Virus record (IMG/VR): IMGVR_UViG_3300032046_000008
Coordinates: 37,906-101,905 of that record
From: a virus
Length of the DNA: 64,000 nt
Reading direction: 5' to 3' (one strand)
The notes under the pieces were generated by a model, which ran no database searches, had not been told where the DNA came from, and worked only from the letters and a program-made list of their open reading frames with translations. Made by a program: the position numbers and the translations under genes. This document shows, one piece after another, positions 31,539-41,220 of this stretch. Positions within the stretch are counted from its first letter, which is position 1. The number at the start of each line of letters is the position of its first letter.

Positions 31539-31576
31539 AGGTTCCTTTATCGACCAATCTGTGTGATGCGGTCGTT

Positions 31577-31783
31577 TCATGCTTTCTTATGACTCGTGCG
31601 AGTAATATCTGTCAATCTCCAATAACCACCCTTCTGGCCCTTCGGTGGTGGCGGCATGATCTTGCCCTCTACACATGTTCTCTGGTCATGCGGCAATTGC
31701 GACCATGTGTACTGACCGCTCTTGGGGCAGATGTGTCCGGAGTGCAGTCTGAACACCCTGGCCAAGAAACCTAATAGACCCAT
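31577..31783 (-). CDS. YjzC-like small protein
   Basis: GHICPKSGQY...EGKIMPP...YWRL; GGAGG SD. Confidence 0.5.
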   Translation of the reverse strand: MGLLGFLARVFRLHSGHICPKSGQYTWSQLPHDQRTCVEGKIMPPPPKGQKGGYWRLTDITRTSHKKA

Positions 31784-31796
31784 CTCATACCTCCAA

Positions 31797-32975
31797 TCAT
31801 GGCAATTCCTGGAAAGCCTCGGCAAACATTATATTGGGACCATGCAAGATGCCACGGTAATGATTAAGAGCAAGTATTGCATCCTCAAAAGCGTTCTGCC
31901 ATTGACTCTTATGTGCTCTAATGGCTCCTCGTTTTACAGCTGCCCAAGCGCTAATATCTGCCATCAAATCTATAGAAAGAAGTGGAGTCCAAATCTCATA
32001 CATATAACATTGCGGCGTCCAATCCAATTGCGCGACTGCCTGTTGCACCAATTTGGTCGCAGCCCTATGATCTGGGTGAGAATCAAAAAGGTGAGGAGTA
32101 TAGATTCGATCGGGCCGAACCTCATCCAATAACCGCGCCAATTTATCAACAAGTTCCCTTGTCACTGTCAATTTCCCATCGGGCTCTCTCCAGAAATAGA
32201 GAGCCTTTGTACCTAGGACTTGACTAGCGACTCCTGCCTCTGTCTCTCTAAGTTCTCTAGCGGCCTCCATTTCCATATCATTGCAGCCTTGTTCTCCAGA
32301 AGTAAGATGAAGAACCTGAACCTCAGCCTCTTCTTTGTAATGGAGAAAAATAGCGCCCCCACAGCCGATTGCTTCATCATCCGGATGGGGCGAGATGATC
32401 AATACACGACTCATTGGTACTCTCCCTGCCCAGCCATATTCTCCCTCACTAACTTTGATCAAAAGGCCCTTCGACAAAGCCTCTCCAACCACTTTCCTAA
32501 TACCTGGAAAATCGTTGTCAGGATCAGTGTCAGTAGTATCCTTCCAATCATGAAACCAGACAATTCCCCCTGGTCTAACAAGAGGTAGCCATGCCTCCGC
32601 CTCTGCTCTTGTATGTTCCTCTGTATGGACACTATCGATGAGTAAGAAATCGATTTGGCGGTCTTGGCATTGCTCTGGAATTTCTGCTGATGTTCCGACA
32701 ATCCCCATCCATTTGTCAGCACATCCGCACCGTTCAATATCCAATCTCGTATTCTCGATCTGCTCCGCATTAATGTCGATGCTTGTGATGTGGATATTGG
32801 AATCTCGCGCTGCCAGAAGAGAGAGCGTAGATGTTCCTACTCCCACTCCCAGATCCACAACTTCGACATGTTGGGATAAGGAGAATGTCGCCAATAGATC
32901 TTGAAGATGCTGTACATCCCTCTGCGTGAGGAAATGACCGATGCGTTTGTTCAGCTCTTCAGTCGGAGTGGTCAT
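31797..32975 (-). CDS. SAM methyltransferase fused to PIG-L/LmbE-family N-acetylsugar deacetylase
   Basis: VDLGVGVGTS, LIDSVH, GGIVWFHD; ISPHPDDEAIGCGG and HPDH. Confidence 0.9.
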   Translation of the reverse strand: MTTPTEELNKRIGHFLTQRDVQHLQDLLATFSLSQHVEVVDLGVGVGTSTLSLLAARDSNIHITSIDINAEQIENTRLDIERCGCADKWMGIVGTSAEIPEQCQDRQIDFLLIDSVHTEEHTRAEAEAWLPLVRPGGIVWFHDWKDTTDTDPDNDFPGIRKVVGEALSKGLLIKVSEGEYGWAGRVPMSRVLIISPHPDDEAIGCGGAIFLHYKEEAEVQVLHLTSGEQGCNDMEMEAARELRETEAGVASQVLGTKALYFWREPDGKLTVTRELVDKLARLLDEVRPDRIYTPHLFDSHPDHRAATKLVQQAVAQLDWTPQCYMYEIWTPLLSIDLMADISAWAAVKRGAIRAHKSQWQNAFEDAILALNHYRGILHGPNIMFAEAFQELP

Positions 32976-33718
32976 GCCATTCTTCCCCACTCAGGAGGCT
33001 TCCAGGTACTCAGGATTACCTTTCGTGTTTCTTCCACTGCCCCACACCACGCGCCAAGCCTTGATGTCACTGTCTCGTTGTGAACTCGATAATCATAGAG
33101 TGGCTTTCCACCCTCTACAGGTATAAGGCGATCAGGAAAGTTGACCATAATAATCGAAATGTGCGCCTGGTCACCTGCGCCAGAGGCTGCTTCGATAGGG
33201 AGACCGCCCGTTAGTCTCCACAATCCCTTTGTGACCATCGCATTGCCGAAGGGAACAGTCTGATCCGGCCATTCATTACCAATGTAGTGAGCTCCGACAT
33301 AATAATAGGCATCCTTCCGCTGATTCTTTTCCCATTCAGCTACGCACAATTCCAGACAATCGGGACGGATCATATCATCGCAACTAAGTAAGAAGACAAG
33401 ATCATTGTCGGCAAGACCAACGCCACAGTTAAATGCACCCAAATCCCCGAGTCGCCAGGGTGCTCGCCAGATCCTGCCAAGAGGTTTACCATGCTTCAAC
33501 AGAACGCCGAATTCAGGACGAACAGAGCCCCAATAGAGTTCATCTGCAAACTCTCCAAGGTCTCCCAACATCACATTAGCCATATCATCTATTAACAGAA
33601 CTTCGCTCGGAGGCAATGTCTGCGCCTGTACACTTGCAAGGCACTCTGCCAACCACTTCTTATAGACGGCATAAGGACCGACTGGAATTGCAACGGTAAC
33701 AAGAACCGAATCCGTCAT
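32972..33718 (-). CDS. GT2/GT-A glycosyltransferase
   Basis: VTVAIP, ECLASVQAQT, LIDD, LSCDD. Confidence 0.8.
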   Translation of the reverse strand: MTDSVLVTVAIPVGPYAVYKKWLAECLASVQAQTLPPSEVLLIDDMANVMLGDLGEFADELYWGSVRPEFGVLLKHGKPLGRIWRAPWRLGDLGAFNCGVGLADNDLVFLLSCDDMIRPDCLELCVAEWEKNQRKDAYYYVGAHYIGNEWPDQTVPFGNAMVTKGLWRLTGGLPIEAASGAGDQAHISIIMVNFPDRLIPVEGGKPLYDYRVHNETVTSRLGAWCGAVEETRKVILSTWKPPEWGRMA

Positions 33719-34632
33719 TCTCGCAAGTCCTCTAAGCAGTTTCTATAGAGATCGTAGTACATCTTGGCAACCACAGACCAATCTATTTCTTTCAGGAGAT
33801 GCGTCCAACAATCTTTTCTCTCGCCGGCTGCTCTTTTTATCATCTTGGCCAATTCTGCTGGAGTTTTGAATTCTTCCAAAGGCATACTGTAAACGTAATC
33901 CTTTATGTCGGAGAAGTGCCATACATCAGGAACTATTACTGGTACCTTGGCAGCAATGCCTAGCCTTACAGCGCCACCTATTCCACCATTGTTACCTTCA
34001 CTACCGAAGACGGCCACATCGCATTCTCTGAGTTTTAGGATGATCTCTTCCTCTGATAGCCAGTCATATATTATCTCTACGGGTATTCTGCCATCGATTA
34101 TACTCAAGCACTCTTGCGCCTGAGCTCCTGCATTGATATGATGTGATTCGGGCATTAGCAGAAGCATAGATGCTCCCTCTATCTCCGCTGTTGCTCCGCA
34201 TATTTCCTGGATCAGTTTGTGCCGGAAAGGAAATCCCGCAGTGCCTACTCTAAGTCCTCCTGATGGCTTGCTTTCGCCCTCAACCTCGACGATACCAAAT
34301 GGTATATAAGTGCAATTGGGCATCTGATGGTGGGTGATAATTCTGTCAAACCCTGGGAAACTGGGATACTCTCCTGGCAACGTAGTGTGATGCTCTATGA
34401 TCTTTGCTGCTTGGAAAGATAGTTCAAACCAAGTACTAGACATTGGAGCAGTTGGAATGTAGCCCAAATGGACTATGGCACAATCTGTATCCAAATAAAG
34501 ATTGGCATCCTCATCAATTCTGGCGATCTGGAATTCAACAGGGAAAGTTGCTAGGCTCTTCATCAAGTTCTTGCTGAACTCTGCCAGCCCACATTTTTCT
34601 TCCCAGGTTGTTACCAGAAGGATTTTCATCAA
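33715..34632 (-). CDS. GT-B (GT4-like) glycosyltransferase
   Basis: MKILLVTTW.EKCGLAE, GTAGF, GGAVRLGIAAKVPVI. Confidence 0.75.
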   Translation of the reverse strand: MMKILLVTTWEEKCGLAEFSKNLMKSLATFPVEFQIARIDEDANLYLDTDCAIVHLGYIPTAPMSSTWFELSFQAAKIIEHHTTLPGEYPSFPGFDRIITHHQMPNCTYIPFGIVEVEGESKPSGGLRVGTAGFPFRHKLIQEICGATAEIEGASMLLLMPESHHINAGAQAQECLSIIDGRIPVEIIYDWLSEEEIILKLRECDVAVFGSEGNNGGIGGAVRLGIAAKVPVIVPDVWHFSDIKDYVYSMPLEEFKTPAELAKMIKRAAGERKDCWTHLLKEIDWSVVAKMYYDLYRNCLEDLRE

Positions 34633-35426
34633 GGCACTACGCCAAGAAGTCCTTTCACTTCCTCGATCAATTGTCCTATAGGCTTTCTGCCATCCAACGG
34701 GATTTCCCCATCTATCCTGAAGAGAGGATAGTCTTCGTTTGGCTGCACTATTGTTATGGGGGATTTTCCTAGCAAATGAGCCAGAACAGCATTGGAACTT
34801 CTATTCGTAATAACCGCCTCCGCTCTCATAATTATGCCTGCAGAAAGCCAGAAATCTGCCGAGCAACCATCAATGCCGTGCCCGCCAAAATCTGCACTGT
34901 CTCCTAGCCAAACAACCTTTGGTTCCTTTATTGCCCGACCTATAGCAATCATCGTGCTAGACGTATGATGATTTACGACCACAACATATGGCGTAGGAAC
35001 CTCGGCGATAGGGAAATTCGGGACAAAGTCCAGCGGTTCTATCCCTGCTTCCCTTGCGATACAATCCCGTAATCTATCTTCAAGACCAGGCATTGATTTA
35101 AAACCCAGATGGTAAACATGCCGATAACCATTTACTGGCATCACCCAAGGCTGTATCCCCCAACTATCATATTGAATAACATAGCCTTCTGGGACAAACG
35201 CTGTTCTTACAAACTTCTGCTCGGAAACAAACCGTAAAGCTCTTCGACAATATTCTGAAGTCGCGACATCAATCTTGCATCGATGCTTGCGCGCGATAGC
35301 ATTCATAGTTGGCAATGACCAAAGAAGATCTCCTAACTTGCCAGGAAAGGTACAGACAACTTTAGACTTGGAAGGTTTTTGTTCCATCATGAATTTGGCT
35401 AAGATCCCCTGATGCCAATCTTTCAT
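34629..35426 (-). CDS. GT9 (heptosyltransferase-like) glycosyltransferase
   Basis: GKLGDLLWSLP and ITNRSSNAVLAHLLGKS. Confidence 0.65.
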   Translation of the reverse strand: MKDWHQGILAKFMMEQKPSKSKVVCTFPGKLGDLLWSLPTMNAIARKHRCKIDVATSEYCRRALRFVSEQKFVRTAFVPEGYVIQYDSWGIQPWVMPVNGYRHVYHLGFKSMPGLEDRLRDCIAREAGIEPLDFVPNFPIAEVPTPYVVVVNHHTSSTMIAIGRAIKEPKVVWLGDSADFGGHGIDGCSADFWLSAGIIMRAEAVITNRSSNAVLAHLLGKSPITIVQPNEDYPLFRIDGEIPLDGRKPIGQLIEEVKGLLGVVP

Positions 35427-35595
35427 CTATTTCCTGTATGAGCTTAGTCCTGCGTGCGTTCTGGGTAAGCGCCTTTCTCGCAGCAACTGCAACCTTCTTG
35501 TCGTCTTTCTCGACAGCAATAATTTCTTGCCACGTCCACACCCGCATGGAAGTAGTTATGAGTTCATCTATCAGCTGGCCTATAGATAGTTTCAT
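35362..35595 (-). CDS. DUF4254-like small helical protein
   Basis: SIGQLIDEL...W...NARR..LIQEID. Confidence 0.6.
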   Translation of the reverse strand: MKLSIGQLIDELITTSMRVWTWQEIIAVEKDDKKVAVAARKALTQNARRTKLIQEIDERLASGDLSQIHDGTKTFQV

Positions 35596-36290
35596 GACTT
35601 CCTCAATATAAGCATAGCACCATTATAGACACATGGAGGATCGCCCCAGACAATGTGCTCACCTGCATAACTATAGTCCCATGGCTCAATAGGCGAGAGA
35701 CCCCGCGCAGACAGGTAGGTTATCAACTCCTCCACACTATCCTGCGTATAGAAACGTTCCTGGTAACAGGTCGGAGGTCGGGCCTCCTTAACAAAGTCGA
35801 AACTCAGGACAAGATATCCACCAGACTTGAGAACACGTATCATTTCTTCTAAGGCGGGCCGATCGTCTGGAATGTGCTCGATGACTGAGATGGACATTAC
35901 ACAATCAAACCCCTGATCACGATACGGAAGGGCTTCCGCCGGACCAGTCATCCAGAAAACATTGAGATATCCAAGGCCTCTGAAGAACTTTACCAAGTCG
36001 GCACCGCTCGGGTTAATATCCACCACGGTGACATTGTGCCCAAACGAACTGATAGCAGCCGGCAATATAGAACCGGCACCCCCAACATCTATAATCGCAC
36101 AGGGCTCTAGCAGATAACGCTTACAGAATGCGAGAGCCCGTCCATATTCCCAATAACGGTTGTCATTAATCGGGACCAATGCAGGAGTAGCAGTAAGGAG
36201 GTTTACCTCATCCTGGAGATGCTGCATCTCCTGCGGGTCGTAAGGCTGATTAAAATGCAGTTCATCCACCGCTAGATCTCCTGCTCGCAA
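35592..36290 (-). CDS. Class I SAM methyltransferase
   Basis: RYWEY, IDVGGAGS, ISVIEHI, RVLKSGG. Confidence 0.88.
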   Translation of the reverse strand: MRAGDLAVDELHFNQPYDPQEMQHLQDEVNLLTATPALVPINDNRYWEYGRALAFCKRYLLEPCAIIDVGGAGSILPAAISSFGHNVTVVDINPSGADLVKFFRGLGYLNVFWMTGPAEALPYRDQGFDCVMSISVIEHIPDDRPALEEMIRVLKSGGYLVLSFDFVKEARPPTCYQERFYTQDSVEELITYLSARGLSPIEPWDYSYAGEHIVWGDPPCVYNGAMLILRKS

Positions 36291-37039
36291 GCGACATCTG
36301 CTATAGCTCCGCCGCCTGACAAAGTAGTGAAATGGTAACCGAATGATCTAAGATACTCATAATAATTCTCAAGAATATCCCCAAACACGGTAGCCGAACA
36401 ATTCTCGTATTCAAACAAGATTACTGGCCGCCAGCGCTCAATGATGGCTCGACACCCCATCAGAGCGCGCAGATCGGAACCTTGGGCATCTGTCTTGATT
36501 ATCCGCACAGGGCCGTCATCGCCGACTACGGAATCCACTGTACAGGCTAATATATCTCCTGGTGTATCTTGGACAGCAACACTGGAGAAGTACTGTGTAA
36601 TACGGTGGTCAACCTGCCCATCGGGACGCTGCGGGAAATGAAACTGCACTTGCTCTTCTGTGGCAATGCTCACTCTGCCATCGCGGGCAAAGGCCGCTGC
36701 ACAGATTGGTTCTACATTGTAACAGAAATTCAAAGCTAGATTGCCGCATAGCATCCAGTAAATCCATTTCTGCATCTCAAAAGCGTACACCTTGCGATTA
36801 CGCTGCGACAGGTAAACGGAATGAAAACCAAGGTTCGCCCCAATATCTACAGCAACTCCATCCGGATCGCTGTACTTGTCGAAATAGGACTTCAAAAACT
36901 CATCCCAAAAAGCTCCAGACAGAATGCCCTGGGAAACGGTTTCCCATGGACAAACCAGGAACCTGCCATAAGGCGACTCTGCCATGACGATCTCACCCAT
37001 CGATAATGCACTCCACCTTCGAACCGAACAATTTGTCAA
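36272..37039 (-). CDS. FkbM-family methyltransferase
   Basis: VDIGANLG, YAFE, IKTDAQGSD, RPVILFE. Confidence 0.88.
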   Translation of the reverse strand: MTNCSVRRWSALSMGEIVMAESPYGRFLVCPWETVSQGILSGAFWDEFLKSYFDKYSDPDGVAVDIGANLGFHSVYLSQRNRKVYAFEMQKWIYWMLCGNLALNFCYNVEPICAAAFARDGRVSIATEEQVQFHFPQRPDGQVDHRITQYFSSVAVQDTPGDILACTVDSVVGDDGPVRIIKTDAQGSDLRALMGCRAIIERWRPVILFEYENCSATVFGDILENYYEYLRSFGYHFTTLSGGGAIADVACEQEI

Positions 37040-38283
37040 ATTCCTGTAACATCGATGACCTGTACTTTAGGCAGGGGCACTATAAATTTACCACCCGTCT
37101 TAAGAAAATTTGCTTCTCTTTCTACGAATTCATTGATGAAAGAATAAGGCAGTACGAGCATGTAATCTGGATTCTGTGCTCTAACGTACTCTTCATCGTA
37201 GATAGGAATTTCTGTCCCTATAGTAACTTTGCCATATTTGTCGGGATTCCTCTCAGCACAACCATCAATCAGGGTATGATCAAGGCCACAGAATTGTAGT
37301 ATAACTTGTCCCCGCGTAGAGGCTCCGTAAACATAGACAGATTTACCTTCAGATTTAATCTGCCTAACCAGTTTTGTAAGTTCGTAAGAGACATTCTGGG
37401 CATAAGCATAAAAATCTAGATACGTTTTGATATCAGTTAGACATGCCTTCTTCTCTCTCTTCTTTATATCCGCAATTCTGATTTTAGCCCCATCGAAAAC
37501 GATTCCCTTAACCCCCTTGTGTCTAATGTAGGACCGGAAGGAACCTCCATTCAAGTCATTAATTTCGACATCAACTATTTCTAAGTCATGTTTCTTGAGT
37601 AACTTCTCAAATACAGAGAAGGAGTAGTAGCCTTGATGCTCATGAGAAATATTATCAAAAGCCTTGTTCTCTATCATCGCGCAGAGGTAGTTTTGCTGAT
37701 CTATCCAGATGCCGTCTGGAGCCAATGAAGATTTAATATCCTCTAGGAATATGTCTGGATCTTCTAGGTCATAGAACATAGCACAACTTGTTATAATCTT
37801 GGCTACGTACCCTTTGTAAATGAAATAATCATTGTAGATTTTTAACCACTTTGTCTTCCTTAAGGATTCCGACCAGACATTGCGAGAAGGTTCAAACCCT
37901 ACTCTTTTAATGGTGTTGGGGTAAAATGCAGCCAGAGTGCCATCATTAGATCCTATATCTATAGCAACATCTCCCTCTGAATGATTCGCGAGGGCGAGAG
38001 CCTTTTCTACAACATCCTTCAGGGCTAGACGCATTGTGTCGTTGATTCCTGATTTATACCAATACGTGTCTCGTCCCCATATGTCTCCTCTGTATATAGA
38101 GTGCTCTAGCTGGACAAACTTGCAGTCTGCACACATTACAAGCGAGAGAGGACAGATAAGACCCTTCTTGCCATTCTCAGGAAGCGGAAAATCAAATAAC
38201 CACTGATCTCCTAAGGAGAAAAGATACTGAATATTGCTAGATTTGCAGCATCTGCATCTAGTGATTTCTTTATACGAATTCAT
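37036..38283 (-). CDS. NDP-hexose C-methyltransferase (Zn-binding N-terminus)
   Basis: CRCC...C.DC.FVQL, DIGSNDGTL, FDNISHEH, NGGS, YGASTRG. Confidence 0.9.
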   Translation of the reverse strand: MNSYKEITRCRCCKSSNIQYLFSLGDQWLFDFPLPENGKKGLICPLSLVMCADCKFVQLEHSIYRGDIWGRDTYWYKSGINDTMRLALKDVVEKALALANHSEGDVAIDIGSNDGTLAAFYPNTIKRVGFEPSRNVWSESLRKTKWLKIYNDYFIYKGYVAKIITSCAMFYDLEDPDIFLEDIKSSLAPDGIWIDQQNYLCAMIENKAFDNISHEHQGYYSFSVFEKLLKKHDLEIVDVEINDLNGGSFRSYIRHKGVKGIVFDGAKIRIADIKKREKKACLTDIKTYLDFYAYAQNVSYELTKLVRQIKSEGKSVYVYGASTRGQVILQFCGLDHTLIDGCAERNPDKYGKVTIGTEIPIYDEEYVRAQNPDYMLVLPYSFINEFVEREANFLKTGGKFIVPLPKVQVIDVTGI

Positions 38284-39200
38284 TCTGGCGCTGTCTTCCA
38301 ATCATATTCTCGTATATTCTGTCCCGTTGGCACCCCCGTAAGAGGATCAATCTTCGCAAAACTAAAATCCTCGTAGACATAGAGAGGTAAGCACGGCCCC
38401 CAAATCTTCACAATGTCTGCATCCCACATTTTGTAGACCGCCCACTGGTCGCCAGTGCCGAAGGTCTCACCCATCCATTTCATATAATCCGGCTTTAGCC
38501 GCGTTTGAGTTCCTAGATGTCTGCAGGATATGGGTGCAACCATATTGTGGAATCCTGCTGCAAGACTCTGAAGTCCAAGAGCAATATCATAATGATAATT
38601 GTGTGGACCATAACCCCCTGTGACCTTGAGCATTTTGCGCCGGAGAATCATAGCAAAGCCATCAGGCACAGCGATTGCTCGCGGTTCGCTAATTCTTGCG
38701 CCATGTTGTTCCGCGTCGATCATATTGCTCCAGCCTGTTCCTATGCCTGGATGCATACCGCCTCGACTACCATTAGCCATAACACCAGGGCAGCCGAAAA
38801 ATGATACCAGCCCGAGTTTAGGATCACTGGCAAAGAGTTTCAGAACCTCAGTATCCCAATCAGGTTGGAGGATCTGTACATCATTATGGAAAATAGCCAA
38901 AAGATCAGTGGTACAATTATCAACTATCAATTGCGAACCGACAGGTATGCCTACATTCTCATCACTCCGAATGTACTTCGGTTCGCCAATGCATCTACCT
39001 TCCCAGTAACTTTTCAAGTCATCAAATAGAAACTGCTTCATTGGTTTCTCAGAAGCATCGTCTAAGAAAATGAAATGATAAGGACCAGTTGTTGTTGTGA
39101 GCAAACTTGCCAAGATATCCTGCATCCCAGAGAATGCATTATGCACCATTGTTGCTATTGTTAAAGTCAACTCTTTCGTGGCCTCCCAACCTTGCCACAC
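38280..39200 (-). CDS. GT2 glycosyltransferase
   Basis: FLDDAS, NVG, IFHNDV, DGFAMI, YDI. Confidence 0.8.
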   Translation of the reverse strand: MWQGWEATKELTLTIATMVHNAFSGMQDILASLLTTTTGPYHFIFLDDASEKPMKQFLFDDLKSYWEGRCIGEPKYIRSDENVGIPVGSQLIVDNCTTDLLAIFHNDVQILQPDWDTEVLKLFASDPKLGLVSFFGCPGVMANGSRGGMHPGIGTGWSNMIDAEQHGARISEPRAIAVPDGFAMILRRKMLKVTGGYGPHNYHYDIALGLQSLAAGFHNMVAPISCRHLGTQTRLKPDYMKWMGETFGTGDQWAVYKMWDADIVKIWGPCLPLYVYEDFSFAKIDPLTGVPTGQNIREYDWKTAPE

Positions 39201-39460
39201 CCTACAGTAATATTTTGTATTGTTTGAACACTAAGACCATAATGATCGGCAAGATTAGCGCAAGATTCTCCGGCCAGACGTGCCTCCCTTATCCCATCAT
39301 CCCTCTCGGCATGCTTTCTGGTAAGGCCGTTATAGATCGTCTCATGACTGTGTACATAACGGCAATCCGGGAACGGGCAGGTAAAGCAGTCCGAGTGATA
39401 CCTGCACCCCATATTCTTGTAAGCAGTCCGCTCGTGATAACCATTAGACGTCTTGGGCAT
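39167..39460 (-). CDS. Cys4-motif + HTH putative transcription regulator
   Basis: GCRYHSDCFTCPFPDCRY followed by LADHYGLSVQTIQNI HTH. Confidence 0.7.
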   Translation of the reverse strand: MPKTSNGYHERTAYKNMGCRYHSDCFTCPFPDCRYVHSHETIYNGLTRKHAERDDGIREARLAGESCANLADHYGLSVQTIQNITVGCGKVGRPRKS

Positions 39461-40379
39461 CTATGATCATCTCTTGCATTTCGGATACTGTGATCCACCG
39501 AGCCGGAGAATGGCTAGCATAAGTCCACTGTTCACCTTCTGCTGGTGAGCCAGTTGGCAAAAGTTCGAAATAATCTCCCCGTTCTCGTATGCGCCCACTT
39601 TCTTCAAACTGCACTAATTCCTCGTGTTGTTTCTCTCCTGGTCTGGCCCCTACAACCTCAATAGCGTCTCCAGCAATGGCCTTCGCCAAATCGCCCATCT
39701 TCATAGCGCCACATTTTGGGATGCCAACAGATCCAGAGGGCAATTCAGCGATAGCCCAACAGATCAAATTAACTGCTTCATCTATCGACAACCAGAAACG
39801 GGTCATTAGGGGATCGGTAAGTAATACCTTACCTTGTTCAGCAAGTTGGCGCTGGAAGAGAGGAATGACACTGCCTGTGGAGCCGACAACATTACCATAG
39901 CGCACAGATATGAAGCGAGTCCTACCCCATCGCGAAGCCTCAGAGAAGAGCCTTTCGTCTAGCATCTTGGTGGCACCATATACGTTCACTGGACGAACAG
40001 CCTTGTCAGTAGATATGCCAACGACAGTATCTACACCTGCTCGCCATGCCGCCGTAGCAACAGTCTCGCTGCCATGCAGATTAACTGCGATGGCCTCAGC
40101 AACATTCTGTTCACCTTCAGGGACATACTTCATCGCGGCAGCATGGATTACTGTCTCGTGACCAGTCATAACTGCTTCTAGCCGGTCGCGATCTCTAATA
40201 TCGCCAAGAACACAATTCACATCGGGCCAGCGCCGATACAGTTCTTGATGTTTATGTTCATCACGACTGTATACAGTAAAACTACAAGGCCAATTCTCTT
40301 GGTGCGCAAGGCGCAGGATACCTCGCCCGAGGAAGCCCGCTCCGCCAGTAATCAAGATTTTTCCATCGAGCTTTGCCAT
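39444..40379 (-). CDS. UDP-GlcNAc 4,6-dehydratase (PseB/FlaA1/CapD family SDR)
   Basis: ITGGAGFLG, SRDE.K, HAAAMKYVP, ISTDKA..PVNVYGATK, RYGNVVGSTGSVIP, RPGEK.HE. Confidence 0.92.
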   Translation of the reverse strand: MAKLDGKILITGGAGFLGRGILRLAHQENWPCSFTVYSRDEHKHQELYRRWPDVNCVLGDIRDRDRLEAVMTGHETVIHAAAMKYVPEGEQNVAEAIAVNLHGSETVATAAWRAGVDTVVGISTDKAVRPVNVYGATKMLDERLFSEASRWGRTRFISVRYGNVVGSTGSVIPLFQRQLAEQGKVLLTDPLMTRFWLSIDEAVNLICWAIAELPSGSVGIPKCGAMKMGDLAKAIAGDAIEVVGARPGEKQHEELVQFEESGRIRERGDYFELLPTGSPAEGEQWTYASHSPARWITVSEMQEMIIDAQDV

Positions 40380-40435
40380 CCTGGTCTAACAGTGTGTGCT
40401 AGAAGCGGCTCGTCCCACCGCTGCTAGCCTCCGCT

Positions 40436-40606
40436 TTAATCGAGCACAGCGCCTGTCTTCGGATCACGGTTCAGATAAACTTGAACCGAACCATCCTTGC
40501 GCACAAACACTATCCACGACAGATCTTCGGGCTCTATCCAGCCAGCCCAACCGCCAGTCTGCTCTGGGTTAGAATAGCGCCCAACGCGGATATTACACAC
40601 TGCCAT
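40436..40606 (-). CDS. Small protein, 56 aa, not in ORF track
   Basis: MAVCNIRVGRYSNPEQTGGWAGWIEPEDLSWIVFVRKDGSVQVYLNRDPKTGAVLD*; AAGGAGG SD. Confidence 0.65.
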   Translation of the reverse strand: MAVCNIRVGRYSNPEQTGGWAGWIEPEDLSWIVFVRKDGSVQVYLNRDPKTGAVLD

Positions 40607-40742
40607 CACCTCCTTTCCTCAAAGACAAGGAGGGAAGACCTGACACAATCGCTGGCGGGGTATGCGTTGCTGCCAAGCCTTCCCTCCCTTTGCCTCCTGC
40701 TAGAGACGGAAGTTCTCTCTCTTTGTTTTCTGACTTGCGAGA

Positions 40743-41144
40743 CTACTTAGTAGCAGTCCCTTGCAGTGTCTTAACCACCGCAGCGGCTACAGCAGCTGCT
40801 ATGGCATCCACAGAGACAGTGCTACCAACCGCCAGGTGTGCCACTTCATCCAGGTTCCACTGCCGATCAATGGCAATGTCGCTGTGTCGCACAGCCTGCT
40901 TGCTCACCATGTTGGCTGTTTCCACAGCATTCTGAAGCGACTGGTTGGCGATGGTCTGTCGAGCATTGTCAAACTGCTGAGCATCCGTTAGAAGTTTGTT
41001 GAAAATAATCCGCATCTCACGAATCGTCTCCAAAGACTCCTGCTGGAACTCATCATAGGTTCGCTTGACATTCGCAAACCAGGATTCATCCCGCCCAATC
41101 TCGAACTCCCGTTCCGTCTTGGGACCGCCACGAGTTTCGTCCAT
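40743..41144 (-). CDS. Helical protein directly downstream of the capsid gene (possible head accessory)
   Basis: AAGGAGGTG SD before MDETRGG; Gln/Asn/Ala-rich helix. Confidence 0.6.
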   Translation of the reverse strand: MDETRGGPKTEREFEIGRDESWFANVKRTYDEFQQESLETIREMRIIFNKLLTDAQQFDNARQTIANQSLQNAVETANMVSKQAVRHSDIAIDRQWNLDEVAHLAVGSTVSVDAIAAAVAAAVVKTLQGTATK

Positions 41145-41220
41145 CTTACACCTCCTTAGGATGTATGGACTGTCTTCTTTGTCTGTCGGCCCCGCTAAAA
41201 CCACCAGACATTACCAACTG

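Noticed and set aside
28034-40379. Host LPS/capsule locus marking a prophage boundary
   Set aside because: Flanked on both sides by co-oriented virion genes, interleaved with phage-type micro-ORFs, and lacking export or polymerase genes
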